Positions 1-14,774 are shown, counted from the stretch's first letter. The stretch is 64,000 nt of DNA from Coniocarpon cinnabarinum (GCA_051942205.1 JAVECO010000059.1:1-64000); one strand, 5' to 3'. Notes: generated from the letters alone by a model not told the origin. Program-made: numbers and translations.

Positions 1-1520
1 ATTTAATAGTAGTAGTACTATTTAAAAAAGTAAGACATATTATAAACTAATAAATAATTAGTATAATAATTTATAACTTAATATTTAGATTAATTCTAAA
101 TTTAAATAATAATAAGCTTAAAAAAAATAGGCTTATTATTAGACTATATAAACTAAGATATAAATCTTTATACTATAGCTTTAAAAATAATAAAAGGCCT
201 AATATTTAGAAGGTTTTTTTTTTAAAGTTACGTATTTATATATATAAAAGGCTTTAAAAATAAACGCGTCTAGATATATTAGGGTTTAGTACGCGTATAT
301 ATGTAACCTCTTATTCTATATTAGGTATAGCGTAACAGCTAGCTATATATATACTTATTAGTACTCTACTATAATAATAAGTAAAAGGCTATACTTATAA
401 AAAAAGAGATTTTATATATAAAAGCAAAAAAAAATAAGTTTTAAATAATTAGAGGTTATTAGAATAATTAGATCTTAAGAAAGAAATTATATTATAGCGC
501 TAGTATACTCTAAAAAAAAGCTTTATTATAAATTATTAAACTAGAATTAGGCCTATATACTATAACATAAAAATAAGATTAGCTATAGGTGCTATATCTA
601 TAAAGCCTAGAACCTAAAAAGACTAGTAAGTAGGCTTTTAAGACTATAGGCTCTTAAAATATATATATAGTAAAAAACTATATAAAATTATATAGTTAAA
701 CTAAAGGCTCTCTTTAAATTAGACTTTAGTTTACTAACTTATAGTCTAAATCTACTTTAATTATATTAAGTTATAAGTTTTACTCTTTATCTAAAAACCT
801 CTCTTTTTTACTTTAAAGAGACTCTATAATAAGTTCTTTGTACTTTAGAACCTCTAGCTTTCTTTCTAACTATATTAAGATAGAAAACCACTAAGAAATT
901 ACCTAACCCTACGTAACAATATAGACTAAAAATATCTTACTCTTACTATTATAACTTAGGTATTTATATAGTATTAAGAAATAAATAGTAGGCTAAGCTT
1001 ATTTACTATAACGCCTTATAAATTTTCTACTTTATAGTTATTACTTTTTTTTAGACTATATATTTATATAGTAGCTTTAGAACCCTAGATAAAGAAGCTA
1101 GACCTAATTAGAATATTACTTAACTTGCTTTATATAGTTATACTAATAAACTAGCTAAACTAAAGAATAAAAAAAACTTAGGCTATATAAATACTATAGT
1201 AGACTATACTAATACTATATCATTTTAGCTACTAGTTACTAAAAACTAAAAAACTAAAATATAATAAAATAAGCTTAATACTATTATATAATAGCTAGTA
1301 ACTATCTAAAGCTATAAATTATAATATTAGCTATAAGTATTATATTAGTAGTACTATGTAAGTAACCTATTTATCTAATAAAGGCTTTAGCTTAGATTAT
1401 TTAGCCTTAGCCTATAAAAAAATAAAATATATAAGTCTATTATCTATAGACCTATTATAAGTTATAAAATAGCTAATATAGATTATAAATATAGAAAGGT
1501 ATTTATCTAAATAAAAAGTT

Positions 1521-1525
1521 ACTAT

Positions 1526-1557
<32 letters not shown>

Positions 1558-1560
1558 TTA
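1521..1560. repeat. (ACT)n microsatellite
   Basis: actattactactactact... run seen directly. Confidence 0.85.
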
Positions 1561-4500
1561 GAATCTCTACTTACTATAATTAGATATAATAGTAGATACT
1601 AGAAGCTTTTATAAGAATAGAAAAATAACTATTAGCTAGTTTAACTATTATTAAATAAAAAGTAATATACTAATTATTAAAATAGTATAGCTAAAGTAAT
1701 AAAAAAAAATCTTACTAGCTATAGCTAGTATATAAAGATATAGTATAAGTAAGAATAAGATAGTATTAGCCTTAAACTAATATAATAGTTATAATATTAC
1801 TAACCTAGCTTAAGTAATATAAGTAAAGGCTAAATATATTAGAAAGTATTAAAAATAGAGGCTAAAAAAATTAGATAGTATAAAAAAGTAGTAAGCTCTT
1901 ATATCTTATAATAGTATAAGGGCTAGTATAGTATAGGCGCTTGCTATATAGGCCTATACCTAATTAGCTATTATAGGGCGCAGCTTTCTAAAGCGAGCGA
2001 TCTAGCACATAGATTACTAAGTAAAGGTACTAGTAAATTAATAGTAACTACTTTTTACTTTTTTATTAATCTAACTACTTTAATTAATAAAGATTAATAA
2101 GTATTAATATAAAATTAAAAGTATATTAAAAATACTACTACTAAATTTTTAATAGTATTAAAATTATATTTAGCTTTATAAGCTTTTTAATATTATAAAA
2201 TTTAAAAATTTTTTACTTTAATAGCTTTAATATCTTTTTTAAGATTTTTTAAGATAATAATTAATACTTTTTATATTTTTTTTTAAGGTTCTAGTTTATT
2301 AAAAAGCTATTTATTTTATTATAAACTTAATTTAAGTTATTTAAATACTATATAATATTATAAGTATATATAAAACTAAATAAAAGTATTAATAGTACTT
2401 TAAAAAATTTTTAAAAAAAAATTAACTATAATTTTATTTTACTAATTAAGCTTTTTAAGTATTTTTTTAATATTAAATATTTTAATATTTTTTTAGTTAT
2501 ATAGTTAAAATATATATTAATAACTAAAATATATTTTTTTAACTTACTTATTTATAGTATTTTTATAGTTAAAAAAAAATAAAAAAATTTTTTTTTAGCT
2601 TAACTTATAAAATTTATTAATACTTTTTTTTACTTAATTAAATATTATTATAATAAAAATATTAGTTTCTAAAAATATTCTATTTTTAGTAAAAATTATA
2701 TACTAAGTATTTAAAAGGTCTACTAAGACTACTATTAGGCCTTAGACCTATAAAGTAAGAGTTTTTTTACATAGAAATTATTGCTATATCTAATCGTGTA
2801 TAGGCCTAAGTAGACTAAGACTAGACTAGAGATTAAAGGCATCTATTGTTTCTATTAGGTTCTATGTTACTTTCTAAGCCTATCTTAGGTTAACTTATAG
2901 TTAATTATAGAAAGACTAATTATAGTTAGTTCGTACTCTTTAGAATACGTACACAATATAGTTAACTATAGTATAGTAGAAATTACTAAAAAATCTAATT
3001 AAAAGCGTTTATAGTAAATTTATAGTAGCTTTTTTAATCTTACTACTATTATTACTTTTTAAATAAGTAGTTAGAGCGCTTTTTTTTACTAAAATATTAC
3101 CTATTTTTATATAACTTTAATATATCTCTATATTTTAAATATAGTAATAAAAAATATACTTAAATAAAAGTACTATTACTTACTAGTACTAAAAGATATA
3201 TAATAGTATTAGTATCTAGTATATTACTATTAATAGTAGACTATATTATAAAAAATTTAAAGCTCTATAGTACTATTACTATTCTAGACAAGTACTATTT
3301 AAAATATAGTCTATTTTTTAAAATATCTAGTAATGTTTTTATTTACTTAGAGAGCTAGTTAATTAAGTAACTAAATATATTTTTAGATAAAATAATATAG
3401 TTTTTATATAATAAATTTAAACTAGTAGTTAATCTAATAACTATACATTATACTTTAAAAACAAATAATTAAAGTTATAAGTATATAAGGTATATTATAC
3501 TAGAGCGCTCTATACTAAAGTAGTAATTATAATATAAGCGCTATTATTAATTTAAGCTATAAAAGTTAATATTTATAGATAAATTAGTAGTATATAAATA
3601 TATAAAAAAGTATAAGTATAGTTAGGTACTTATTAGTACTATACTAATATTAATAACTAGCTTTTATAAAAAAATATAATAAAGTATACTTTCTACTTTT
3701 AGCTTTTTTAGATATATTAGATAACTATTTATATATTAAAGGTTTATTAATAGTAATTAATTTACTATATAGTTAAAAAAAGTAGTACTATTATACTATA
3801 ACCTCTATATTAAAGGTTAGTATTATTATTAATAGTAGTAGTATTTACTATACTTAGTACTAGTAATAGATAATACTAAATTTTATAAGATCTCTACTAT
3901 TTTTAATGTTTATACTACTACTAATATACGCTTAGAGTTTTTACTATTATATCTACTAGATCTAAACTCTATTAAGTATAATTTTAATTCTTAAATTAAT
4001 TTTTTACTACTTTTATAAAAAAGCCTTTTAGTAGCTAGATTTTAGTAATTTCCTACTCTAGTTACTATAGATATATAGAAAATAATATAATATAGTATTC
4101 TTTAGTTATTATAGTTATTCTAAAAGCGCTAGTTAGATAAAAATAAGTATAAAAAAATAATAATTATTAGTATAGTTAAGTCTTTAAGTATCTAGTATCT
4201 TATAAAAAAATTAAAATATATAATAAAGGTTATATAAAAACATTTATATAGTTTTTATAAAAATATATAAAGAATCTTTTTAGAATATTATAATTACTAT
4301 TACTAACTATATATACTACTAACTAGTACTTTAAGTGCCCTTTACTTATACTTAATAACTCTACTATATATTCTTTATTTTTTTTAATACTTTATAAACT
4401 ATAATATCTTATAATAGATATAGAAGAGTATTTTTAAAAAAAGCTCTAAAGCCTACTAATATTTTAGTTATATACTAGATCTTACTATACTAGAATTCTA

Positions 4501-5947
4501 CTTTTTATACTTTAAGGCTTCTTCTATATTTATAAAGTTTTTTATAAAATACTTTAGAGATATTTAAATTAAGAGTTTTTTAATATTTATTATACTACTA
4601 TTTTAAAAAAAGAAAGAGCTTAAAATAATAATATTATAAGATAGTTATAGTAGTAGTATATTTTAATAAAAGTAGTAAGATCTAGAAGTCTTTCTAGCTA
4701 CTTTTTTAAGTATTTTAATTATACTATTTAGTATATTTTTTTTACTAAATAGTATAAAATTAATATTTAATATTACTAAAGTAGTAGTAGTAGTAAAAAA
4801 AGTAGCCACTATAATAGTAGTTATTAATATATTTAGAGTTCTTTTTTTTATTTTTTTAGTACTACTTTTTTTACTAATTATTATCTACTTTATATATTAA
4901 AAAGGTCTTCTATAGTAGCGCTACTAGTAGTAATAGCCTACAACTAGTTATTAAGGTTTTTTATCTTAATAGTATAGTAATATATAGGTATTTTAGCCTT
5001 ACTACTATTAATAATCTAATAGTAGCCTAGTTAAGTTAGAATACGCCTATTTTAATAAAAAGTAACTTTATAGCTTTACTATATATAAATATTACTACTA
5101 ATTTTTTTTAAAAATTTTTTTTTTTTTTACTTAATAGTATTATTAGTATATACTACTACTATATATATTTTTAATACTTTAAAAGTACTATTTTTTTTAC
5201 TACTACTATCTTTTTTTAACTTACTAAAGATCTTAGAGGTATTAGTTAATTATAGTAGTAAAAAAGTAGGTCTAGTAAAATAATTAAAGATTTTTTTTAA
5301 TATAATTATAATATTAATAGTAACGCTTACTAGCCTTTTTTTATTTTTTAACTAGTAAAAACTATATAGTATACTTTAATTAATATTACTAGTATTTTTA
5401 TTATACTACTTATTATTATTATTAAGTATAAAGTTATTTTTTAACTACTTATTAGTAGTTTAACTAGATTTTTTATTAAACTATATATATTATATAGTTT
5501 AAAAATAAAGATAGTAATCTATAACTAAAAATAATACTTTAGTAGTAAATTTATTACTTTTACTAAGATTAAAAAATAGCTAATTATTTATTATACTTAA
5601 TATATTAAGTATAACTTTTTTTTTAAAGTATATACTCTAACTTAGTACTACTTAGTATACTAGCTTAAAACTTATAGATAATAATAATAATAACGTTTTT
5701 TTTTATCTTTACTTTTTTTACTCTTCTTCTAAAGTAGTAGTAGTAATAATAATCTCTATTTAGCCTATAAAGGCTTTATAAAAAAGATATTATTATTAAT
5801 ATTAGAAATTAAGAATATATTACTAATTATTTAAGTAGTAGTTATAATATTCTAAGTATTCTTAGATATATATAAAAAAAAAAAACCTTATAATAACAAA
5901 TTATCTATGTTAATAGTAGTAGTAAGGACTCTACTAATCTATCTAAG

Positions 5948-6078
5948 TTCTTCTCTTTTTTCTTCTTCTTTTTTTTTTTCTTCTTCTCTTTCTTTTTCTT
6001 CTTCTTCTTCTTCTTCTTCTTCTTCTTCTTCTTCTTCTTCTTCTTCTTCTTCTTCTTCTTCTTCTTCTTCTTTTTCTT
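5948..6078. repeat. (CTT)n/(GAA)n trinucleotide tract
   Basis: Pure cttctt run at about 5998-6072 with degenerate edges. It generates the spurious poly-K ORF. Confidence 0.9.
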
Positions 6079-6664
6079 AGTAGTATCTACCTCCGCCTCT
6101 ATAGCCACTTAAGCTTCTTTCTTTACTATATGCTATAGATATACCTATAGTATCTTATAAATCTATAGTATACTAGGCGTACTATAAGACAAAAAAATTA
6201 TATAATATAATAATAATAGTAATAATAACTATAGCTTTTATAAGGGTCTTAGGCGTTACTACTACTATTAAGGTTATTATTTATTTTTTTAACTATACTA
6301 GCCTTACTACTTTCTTAGTAGTAGTAATATTATAAGTACGCTATAATTAGATATACTTTTAAGTAGGTTTAAAAGCTATATTATAAGTAATATTTTAGTA
6401 AAAAAAAACGCTCTAACTAATAATTCAAAAAGTAATAATAGTAGTAAGGTTAAAAAAGCTACTATAAATTTACTATAAACGCTTCTAACCAGATTTCTTA
6501 GTGATTCCTACTATACTGTGGTTAACCGTGTTGTGTGCGTGTTCTAAAGAGCACGGACCAACCATTGTCAGTCTTCCTGCAATCGACTGTACATCCTACC
6601 CCGCAAATTCCAATGTAGGCGTCGACGTGAATTGCATCGCTTCCGTGCGATTCATCACTCGACA

Positions 6665-7638
6665 ATGATGCCGCTCCGAGCTTTCACGCAGTCCCCTTTT
6701 ATGCAAGTCATAGCTCCACTATGGTTTCTCGTATTCTCTCTCGCCATCGCTTTGCCCCCCTTGATTCTCCACTTTTGCTTGCATCCGTTTCAGTACGTCC
6801 TCACCACGCGCCCGCTGTCAGATCGCATAAAGGCCATACGAGCCCAATTCTTTTGGTACACATGGCGTTTCATGAGCCCCTGGTTCGATCCAGCAGAGCG
6901 ACCTCTCAAGGCGCCGCTCTGTGCTAAAGCAAGGGGCGTGGTCCTAGAGATTGGACCAGGCGGTCAGTTTGTGGGTCTCCAGAAAAGGAACTGAGAAACA
7001 CGTGTGTTGATGTGTGCACTCTAGTCGGAGATAACATCAAATACTACAGCCCCGCTGATGTGAACAAATTGATTCTCGTCGAACCAAATGCCAGCATGCA
7101 CACTTTACTCCGTCAGAGGGCCAACGAATCCGGGTTCTCCGAACAAAATGGCAGGCTGTTGCTGCTGGAGTGCGGCGGATCTCCGTCAGATGAGCGGGCT
7201 CTGACCTCGGCGGGTATCACACAGAACAGCGTGGATACTCTGGTCCTGATCCACGTCATGTGCGGTATCCCTGAGCCTGCTCGAGCAATAGAGATGTATC
7301 GCAGAATGTTGAGACCTGGTGGACTAATGGTGTTCTACGAGCATGTTAGGAGTGAAGACTCGTGGGTGAGTCAATGGCAATCCAGATACACACGCGTGAT
7401 CTGGCCGTACGCTTTCGAAGGCTGTTGTCTCGACCGACCAACGAGGAGTTGGATCATGGCTGGACCCAATGCCACCAATCACTCAGGTCTGGTGACGGGG
7501 AAAGAAGCTGGCGGTAGTGCACACGGGTCCCTTGGAATCGTCCATGATCGCTGGAGCAAGTTTGAAATTAGCTCACCACAGGGTCAAGCTCGTTATAGCC
7601 TCTTGCCTCACGTCATTGGCTGGGCAATAAAGACCTAA
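6665..7638 (+). CDS. SAM-dependent methyltransferase (METTL7/Methyltransf_11-like) with N-terminal hydrophobic anchor; 1 intron
   Basis: Intron 6963-7024 (GTCAGT...CTAG) joins VLEIGPG to VGDN (motif I). Later motifs: SVDTLVLIHVMCGI, LRPGG, YEHV, GCCLDR. Confidence 0.85.
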
Positions 7639-7713
7639 TCGAGGAGTACTATTCTACCTTTTTCCGTTCTCCATCACTCGAGAGTGTCGACACAAACATG
7701 CGTTGAATTGATG

Positions 7714-9313
7714 CTAGGTCTTCGAAAACGCGACTTCAGCTGGAAGACGGAACGTTGCACAGAACATACGCTTGTTTGGTGCAACATCTCGAACGCTGTG
7801 TAGTTCAGTGGCTGCGTTCTCTGGGTCGATTGGGAATCCAAGCTTGGATGACACGGCCTCCCAAACGAGGGGTCTTGCGGCTCTCAGATCTTCTTGCTCA
7901 CTGTTCAACTTGGGACCAAAGCAATAGCAGTGAATTAATGGCAGATGGTAAATGCCATGCGGCTGGAACCATGCTTCATGGCGTCGATATAGACCAATAA
8001 AATCGGGCAAAAAGTCGACTGCTGTGGCAGGGAGATTCATTATGTAGTGTGAAATGATCTTGGGCGCGGTTATCTCGCTATGTTGCTGAGATAATGGAGT
8101 CTGACGTTCTTTCGAAGTTGTCCGGGAGATCTTCTGCGGTACCCGCGCGCCATAGTCCTGCGCAAGCAACTGTTGGGCAGCAAACCGAATGAAGGCATGG
8201 CCATCCTGGTTGAAGGTGCGGACAAAGGGCTTGACCTAGCACCGAATCAGGCCTTGTCTATGCATAGCAAGTCGGCGGCGCCGAGACTAACCTTGTTGAT
8301 GGTCACTGCATCGCTGAGACTGTGAAAGCAATCCGGGTTTAGGTCATTTGCCCAGACAAACACGCCTTTCTTACCTGCGGGGACGGTGAAAGGCCCAACG
8401 CCTGCCATGACATCGCATACGACCTCGCCCGGTTTCAGCTTGTCGACGAGGCGCTGGTGCTCTGTGCTCAATTTGCTGTTCCAGAAAACTTTCGAAAAGT
8501 CAAACCGAAACACTGAGCAAGCTTCTCGAACTTCGACGTCTAGGTTTGGTTCACCGGCAATGATTTCGTAGTCCAGAACACGGTACTCATTTGTTGAGTG
8601 CAGCGTGTCTGTCTTGTTGATGACTGTCTTAATGGCCGCGTTTTTGTCTATAGTGACTTGCCCAATGAGATGCTTGAATGGGAGGTACCTGTCACGAAGA
8701 TTGAAATGGGCTGAGCTGATTAGTATAGAATACCTATATTTAGTGGCTCATTCTTTGAATTTACCAACATGGCCAGCTGGATTAAATCCGGTTGGGAGGT
8801 CATCGATCAGGCTTTCGGGTAGAATAGCTTGCAATATCTCACCTACCAAGGTCAGTGGCTGGGCTTGATTCGAGCATTAGGCCTAGCCTGGGCGCTCTCA
8901 CTTGCAGTCCAATGGCCATAGTCAAGGCACAGCAAATAGGGAATTAGCGAGACTGTACCCTCGTTGTGTAGATTCGTCACAGCCTTGCCCCATGTTGACC
9001 TGTCTGACCAGCATGAGCATGCTAGCAAAAGGGGGCCAGAGCCCATGTTGGTTGAACCTGAGAGCAACACACCGTCATGCTTGATCTTAGGCTGGAGAAG
9101 TATGCACTTGCGCGTCTGAGAAGCATCGGTGGGGTCTGCGCGAACTGGAGTCACCTGTCGTTGGACGAAAATATCCCGACTCCTATGGAGCGCGTTGCGG
9201 ACCCGCGACAGTTGCTTGACATCGGCCACGCGCGCCGCAGCAAGCTCAACGTCCTTTCTGAAGAATGCTCTGTCTAGCGTCTGCATCGCCCGGTTGACCG
9301 GCGGGCGCAACAT
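7714..9313 (-). CDS. TRM5: tRNA (guanine37-N1)-methyltransferase Trm5; 4 introns
   Basis: Introns 9072-9004, 8901-8843, 8764-8711 and 8291-8236 keep the frame. Motifs: GHVAHFNLR, FRFDFSKVFWNSKL, DVMAGVGPF, ANDLNP, HYIMNLP, VRDVAPNKRMFC. Confidence 0.92.
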
Positions 9314-9846
9314 CTCTCCTGGCTCGACATCAACTCCAGCTCGTTATCGAGCGAGTCAATGCGACCAGTCGCAATCAAACGATGTGCAAGTCGTCCACTG
9401 CCCCATATGAGCCGCGACTTTCGAGCCGAGCGATGAGCTCGGGTTATATCCTAAATAGGCAAAATCAAAACGACGCGTTGGATGTCTGGGTAGCGTTGCG
9501 GAAAAGCCAAACTTTCTTGCCAGCCTGCAATTCGTCGCCATTCTCACGATCGCTTCGCTTCCCTTCATGTCTACGGTCGGCGCTGTTCGATCGTTGTTCG
9601 ATGAACCTGTTGACTTTGAGAACACAACGGCTCAATCTTGAGCTCTCCTCCCATCTTCCGCTCGACTGAGCACTTTGCGACTTGCTAGTATCTCCGCTCC
9701 ATTATCCTGCTATCCCGTTCTTCCGCCACACCACTCCCAGATTGGACCTCACAGGGCAGGTGTTCGACATTGTCAAGCGTGGGCACATTCTCCCATCGTA
9801 ACGCTTATGGGAGGAGCTGTTTCATGCGTGTTTCCATACCGACAGT

Positions 9847-12800
9847 ATGTCAGGACCAGGTGGAGGAAACATCAAGGTGGTGGTGCGAGTGCGTCCTTTC
9901 AACAGTAGAGGTCAGCATGATAAGTCTGCATTGCATCATCATGGAGAGTGCTGAAAATTGCATCAGAGCATGACCGAAAGGCAAAATGTGTCGTCTCGAT
10001 GAACGGCACTCAGACCACAATCTCTCCACCCGTCGGTGACCTGAAACCCAAAAACAACAAGGCAGCCATGGAACAAGCTAAGACATTCAATTTCGATCAT
10101 TCTTATTGGTCTTTCGAACGCAGCGACAAGCACTTTGCCGGCCAGGACAACGTCTTCACCGACCTTGGCAAACCCCTTCTCGACAACGCATTCGGGGGGT
10201 ACAACAACTGTATCTTTGCATATGGTCAGACTGGCTCGGGCAAGTCATATTCAATGATGGGCTATGGGGCAGAGGCAGGTGTTATACCGCGCATCTGTCG
10301 TGAAATGTTCGATCGCATCGATAAACTCCAACAAGACAAGAACACCACATGCTCTGTAGAAGTGTCGTATATCGAAATCTATAACGAGAAGGTCCGAGAC
10401 CTGCTCAATCCTGCAAACAAGGGCAATCTGAAGGTGCGAGAGCATCCTTCGACAGGACCATACGTAGAAGACCTGGCGAAACTTGTCGTGCGATCAAACG
10501 ATGAGATTGAAAGTCTAATGGACGAAGGTAATAAGGCTCGGACTGTGGCTGCTACCAATATGAATGAGACGTCCAGCAGATCTCACGCTGTCTTCACCTT
10601 GACCTTGACGCAAAAAAAACATGACGAAGATACCAAGATGGACGCTGAACGGGTTGCAAAGATCAGTTTAGTCGATCTGGCGGGATCGGAAAGAGCAAAC
10701 TCCACGGGCGCGACGGGTGCTCGACTCAAGGAAGGAGCAGAAATCAACAGATCTCTATCTACGCTGGGGCGTGTGATTGCAGCATTAGCCGATCTGTCTG
10801 CAGGCAAGAAGAAAAATGCATCCATGATCCCGTATCGCGACTCGGTATTGACCTGGCTTTTGAAGGATTCCCTAGGAGGTAATAGCATGACTGCGATGAT
10901 CGCAGCTATCTCCCCGGCAGACATCAACTTTGAAGAAACGCTCTCCACCCTTCGTTATGCAGACTCCGCCAAGAGAATCAAGCAGCACGCTGTTGTCAAT
11001 GAAGATGCCAATGCTCGCATGATCAGAGAGCTCAAGGAGGAGCTTGCCCAGCTACGCGCAAAGCTGGGGGCTGCACCTGTCACGCCCGGGAGCGTTGGTG
11101 GTGGTAATGCTGGGATGTTGGCCGACCAGCCCCATTATAGCCCTGACACTCCTTTCGATCAGCAGATGGTGACGCTGTCTCAGCCTGATGGCACCTCCAA
11201 GCAGGTGTCAAAGGCCGAGATCGCGGACCAGCTCAGTCAGTCTGAGAAGCTGTACTCTGATTTGAACCAGACATGGGAGCAGAAAATGCAAAAGACCGAA
11301 GAAATCCACAAAGAGCGCGAGGCTGCTCTCGAGGACCTCGGCATCAGCATCGAGAAAGGTTTCGTGGGTGTCTCAACCCCAAAGAAGATGCCGCACCTGG
11401 TCAACTTGAGCGACGATCCGCTTCTGGCCGAATGCTTAGTCTATAACCTCAAACCCGGCAAAACCACAGTTGGCAATGACGAGATAACGCAGAATGCAGA
11501 GATCCGACTCAAAGGTTCAAAAATCCTCCTTGAGCATTGTATATTTGAGAACGAGGACGGGGTTGTCAGCGTCCTCCCAAGCCATAATGCCGCGGTGATG
11601 GTTAATGGGCTCCGTATCGACAAGCCGAAGAGGCTGCATAGTGGGTTTCGTATTATTCTAGGAGATTTCCACATCTTCCGCTTCAATCATCCCCAAGAAG
11701 CTGCAAAGGAGCGCGCAGAAGAAGGTAGCAGATTGAAAGAGTCAATGACAGCGAATGAGCTTGACTCTTCTCCTGAGCGGCCAAGGCACGAACGCTCGCG
11801 CAGCAGTATAAGTCGACTAGGATCCCAAGATGGTCGGACTGGCACACCTGGTTCATCGCCTGCAATCCCACTCAATGAGGGTGAATACGATTGGTCATTT
11901 GCTCGACGAGAAGCAGCAGGGGCTATCCTCGGCCAGGACCAGAATATTTCCAATCTGACGGATGAGCAACTCGACGTGCTGTTCGATGATCTGCAGAAAG
12001 TGCGCGCAACCCGTCGACTTCCTGCGGAAACGCGTATACGTGACAGCGAAGACGAGGAATCGGTATCTTCTGTGCCTTCCCGTGAAAAGCACCTCTCCAC
12101 GGCAACCTCAGCCTTTGAGAACTTCTCGCTTGATACGGCGCTCACCACTCCTTCAACACCACCAGCAGGCGAGGACGGTGAACGGATCAAGATGCCTCGT
12201 CATGATCTCCAACTGCAATTGGAAAAACAGCGAGACGAGTATCAAAACACACTCAAGTCTGTCGAGGAGTCCCACCAGCAGGTCGAAGAGATGCGACAGG
12301 ACAAAGCAGCAATGGAGCAGAGCATGCAAGCACTTCGCGCTGAGATGCAGAAGCAAAAAGAAGACTATGAGCGTCAGCTGCAGGTCACACAACCAACGAA
12401 GGCAGTGAGACAAATCGGTCATGCTGGGCTGGACTCTCGTGGCTTGCATCTGGCTCAACATGCGATGCAGAAATGGCGACAACGACGCTATGTCAAAATG
12501 GCTGGACAGATGCTCCAACATGCTTCGAAGCTAAAAGAGGCGCAAATTCTCAGTCAACAAATGGGCAAAGCTTTTGCTTTTCAGTTTGCGATTGTCGACA
12601 CCGGCCAGACATTGGCTTCATCGTATGACATGGTGCTTAACGGGGTTTCGGACGAGAGTGACGAGGACGATCTTCACCTAACGCCGAAGCCTTGCCTAGC
12701 AATTCGAATCGCCGATTTCAAACGTTCTGTTCTATATCTTTGGAGTGTGCGGAAATTGGAGAGACGATTAGTCACGATGCGACAGATGCTACAGTACCGG

Positions 12801-14774
12801 GAACGACCTGAGTACATTCATCATTTCAAACTTGATGATCCCTTCTCGGCCTCGAGTATCCCACAATTCTCTCGGATAGGAGAGGCACAGGTATCACTCT
12901 CCGCGGTCTTTGAGTCGCGAGTTCAGGATTTCACCGTGGACGTCATTTCGCCCTACACATTCAACGTGACCGGTATATTGAAGCTCTCTCTAGAGCCATC
13001 GCTGGCTGAAGCACCAGAGGAAACACTTAAATTCAATGTCGTCTTGCATGAGTTGGTAGGCTTTCCGGAGCTTGAAGGCACTGATGTCCACGCACAAATG
13101 TTAGTGACTAGAGTTGTCGAGGAGGGCGGAGTGACCACCACTCAGCTGATTCAAAAATTTCACGACGGTCCCATCAGGTTCGATAGCCTGCATGGCTTGA
13201 GTCTGCCTTCATCAAGTTCGCGGCGGTCCAATCTGCGAATATCCATTTTTGCTCGCGTGACTCAAATACACCTCGACAAACTGATGAGCTGGGATGACAT
13301 GCAGGATGCAACGAGCAGACTACCACAGTCCGTCAACGGCGTCCGCGTCCATGAGAATGAGTATCGTGCCGAGGAGAAACATGATGTTCTCACACGCGTC
13401 CAGATTCTTGAGCTTTCTGAGGCCGGTGAGTATTCGCCCGTAGACGTGGTTCAGACGAGCACCACCGATCCTGGGGCGTATCAGCTTCACCAAGGTTTAC
13501 AACGCCGCATCATGCTTAGCATGAACCACAGCTGTGGCGCCGCACTTCCTTGTGAAGATGTGACTCAATTGCGTATTGGATCAGTACAGCTCATGGATGC
13601 ATCTGGCCAGGTACCGACAGCATCACCGCCGCAACCAGATGTCGACCTTAAGTTGTTGTCTCCGCCATCCATGCTTAGGTATGCAGACACAACGACAGAC
13701 GTCAAAGCCTTGGCTCAATGGGACTCGTCTCAGCATGCGTCCCTACTCCTCGACCGTCCAACTAATACCAACAAGTTTCGCGTGCAGATCACTCTGCGCT
13801 GGTGTGTTTTCAGTCCGAGACTAAGCCACCCGCTCGAGTTTTCTCACAATATCACGTTACAGGTGAGAGCGCGAAGCTTTATCAAAGCCCCGCCGTTATT
13901 GTCGCAGCTATGGAATGGGCCTGCACAACGCTTAGCACGATCCACCACGGGCATCTTCGTTGTCACAATCAAGGCTAGCCCAATTGAGTTTGCACGCGAC
14001 CTTTGGCGGATGGACACACAGTACGAATACGTAAAGGGAGAAGAAGTACTGACTGGATGGACCCCGCGAGGTGTTTCACTTGTTCGTCAGTTCATTCAAC
14101 ATCGCCGTCGACAGTTCCACGCGCAAGATGTGGAGACCACAAAGAGCTTGTTTAGTGTGGATGAGCTCGAAGTCTATCCAGAAACTTCTGCCGACGAAGA
14201 GCGAACGCCATCTCGTGGCTTTAGTGAACGTCAGAGGCAAATGCTGCTAAAGTATCTACATGCCTGGAAGGCAGATTCCTCAGACCCGGGCACAGCTATT
14301 CTCTTGACAGGTGCATACGACTCGCGCAGTGCAAGCACCGTCGGCGACTCTGACTCGAGGGCCGAAAATAGTTTCATGCCCACCGATACGAGCGTCTCGA
14401 ATGCGCCAGTTTCAGCAACAGTTCAATACCATTCCAAAAACCCGTCGTGCACCAAGTCCGGCCATCTTCTCATGCCAGACCCTGTATCGCACTCTCGGTG
14501 GGTCCGACGGTATCTTGAACTGCGAAAGCCGTACATTCACGTGCACAGTATGCCAGACGGAGAGGAAATCACTGCCATCAATCTTAGCGGCGCTCGTCTG
14601 GATCATCGACCGCAAATTGCGAAGCTGCTGCAACGAGGCGGTGAGAGTAATCTTGCTTTCTTCGCCATTTATGCGCGCGAAAAGTCGTGGGTGTTTGCGA
14701 CAAGGAGCGACCGAGAGAAAGTCGAATGGTGTCTTACTGTTGATGATAACTTTCTCAAGGTACCGCCTAGGTGA
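9847..14774 (+). CDS. unc-104: Kinesin-3 (Unc104/KIF1A/UncA-like): motor, FHA, C-terminal PH domain; 1 intron
   Basis: Start MSGPGGGNIKVVVRVRPFN at 9847, intron 9911-9966. Motifs: P-loop GQTGSGKS, NETSSRSHA, DLAGSER, PHLVNLSDDPLL preceding the FHA, PH-like tail (WVRRYLELRKPY). Confidence 0.95.

Larger units (their letters stand above)
1..6500. mobile_element. AT-rich block of RIP-degraded repeat/transposon relic(s); family unidentifiable
   Basis: Very low GC, TpA everywhere (tata, tag, taa, cta) and almost no CpA/TpG. Surviving GC sits in CpG/GpC words (agcgct, acgcgt). No real ORFs. Abrupt change to balanced composition near 6480-6520. Confidence 0.85.

Noticed and set aside
5905..6108. 67-aa poly-lysine ORF
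   Set aside because: Product of a GAA microsatellite inside RIP-degraded DNA.
1..6500. Telomere, centromere or a specific TE family (LTR/TIR ends)
   Set aside because: No (TTAGGG)n array. Short matches such as 883-900 versus 6493-6511 are too weak in such low-complexity sequence.
9948..9966. Track start of the kinesin ORF (MLKIAS)
   Set aside because: It lies in the intron; the real first exon begins at 9847.
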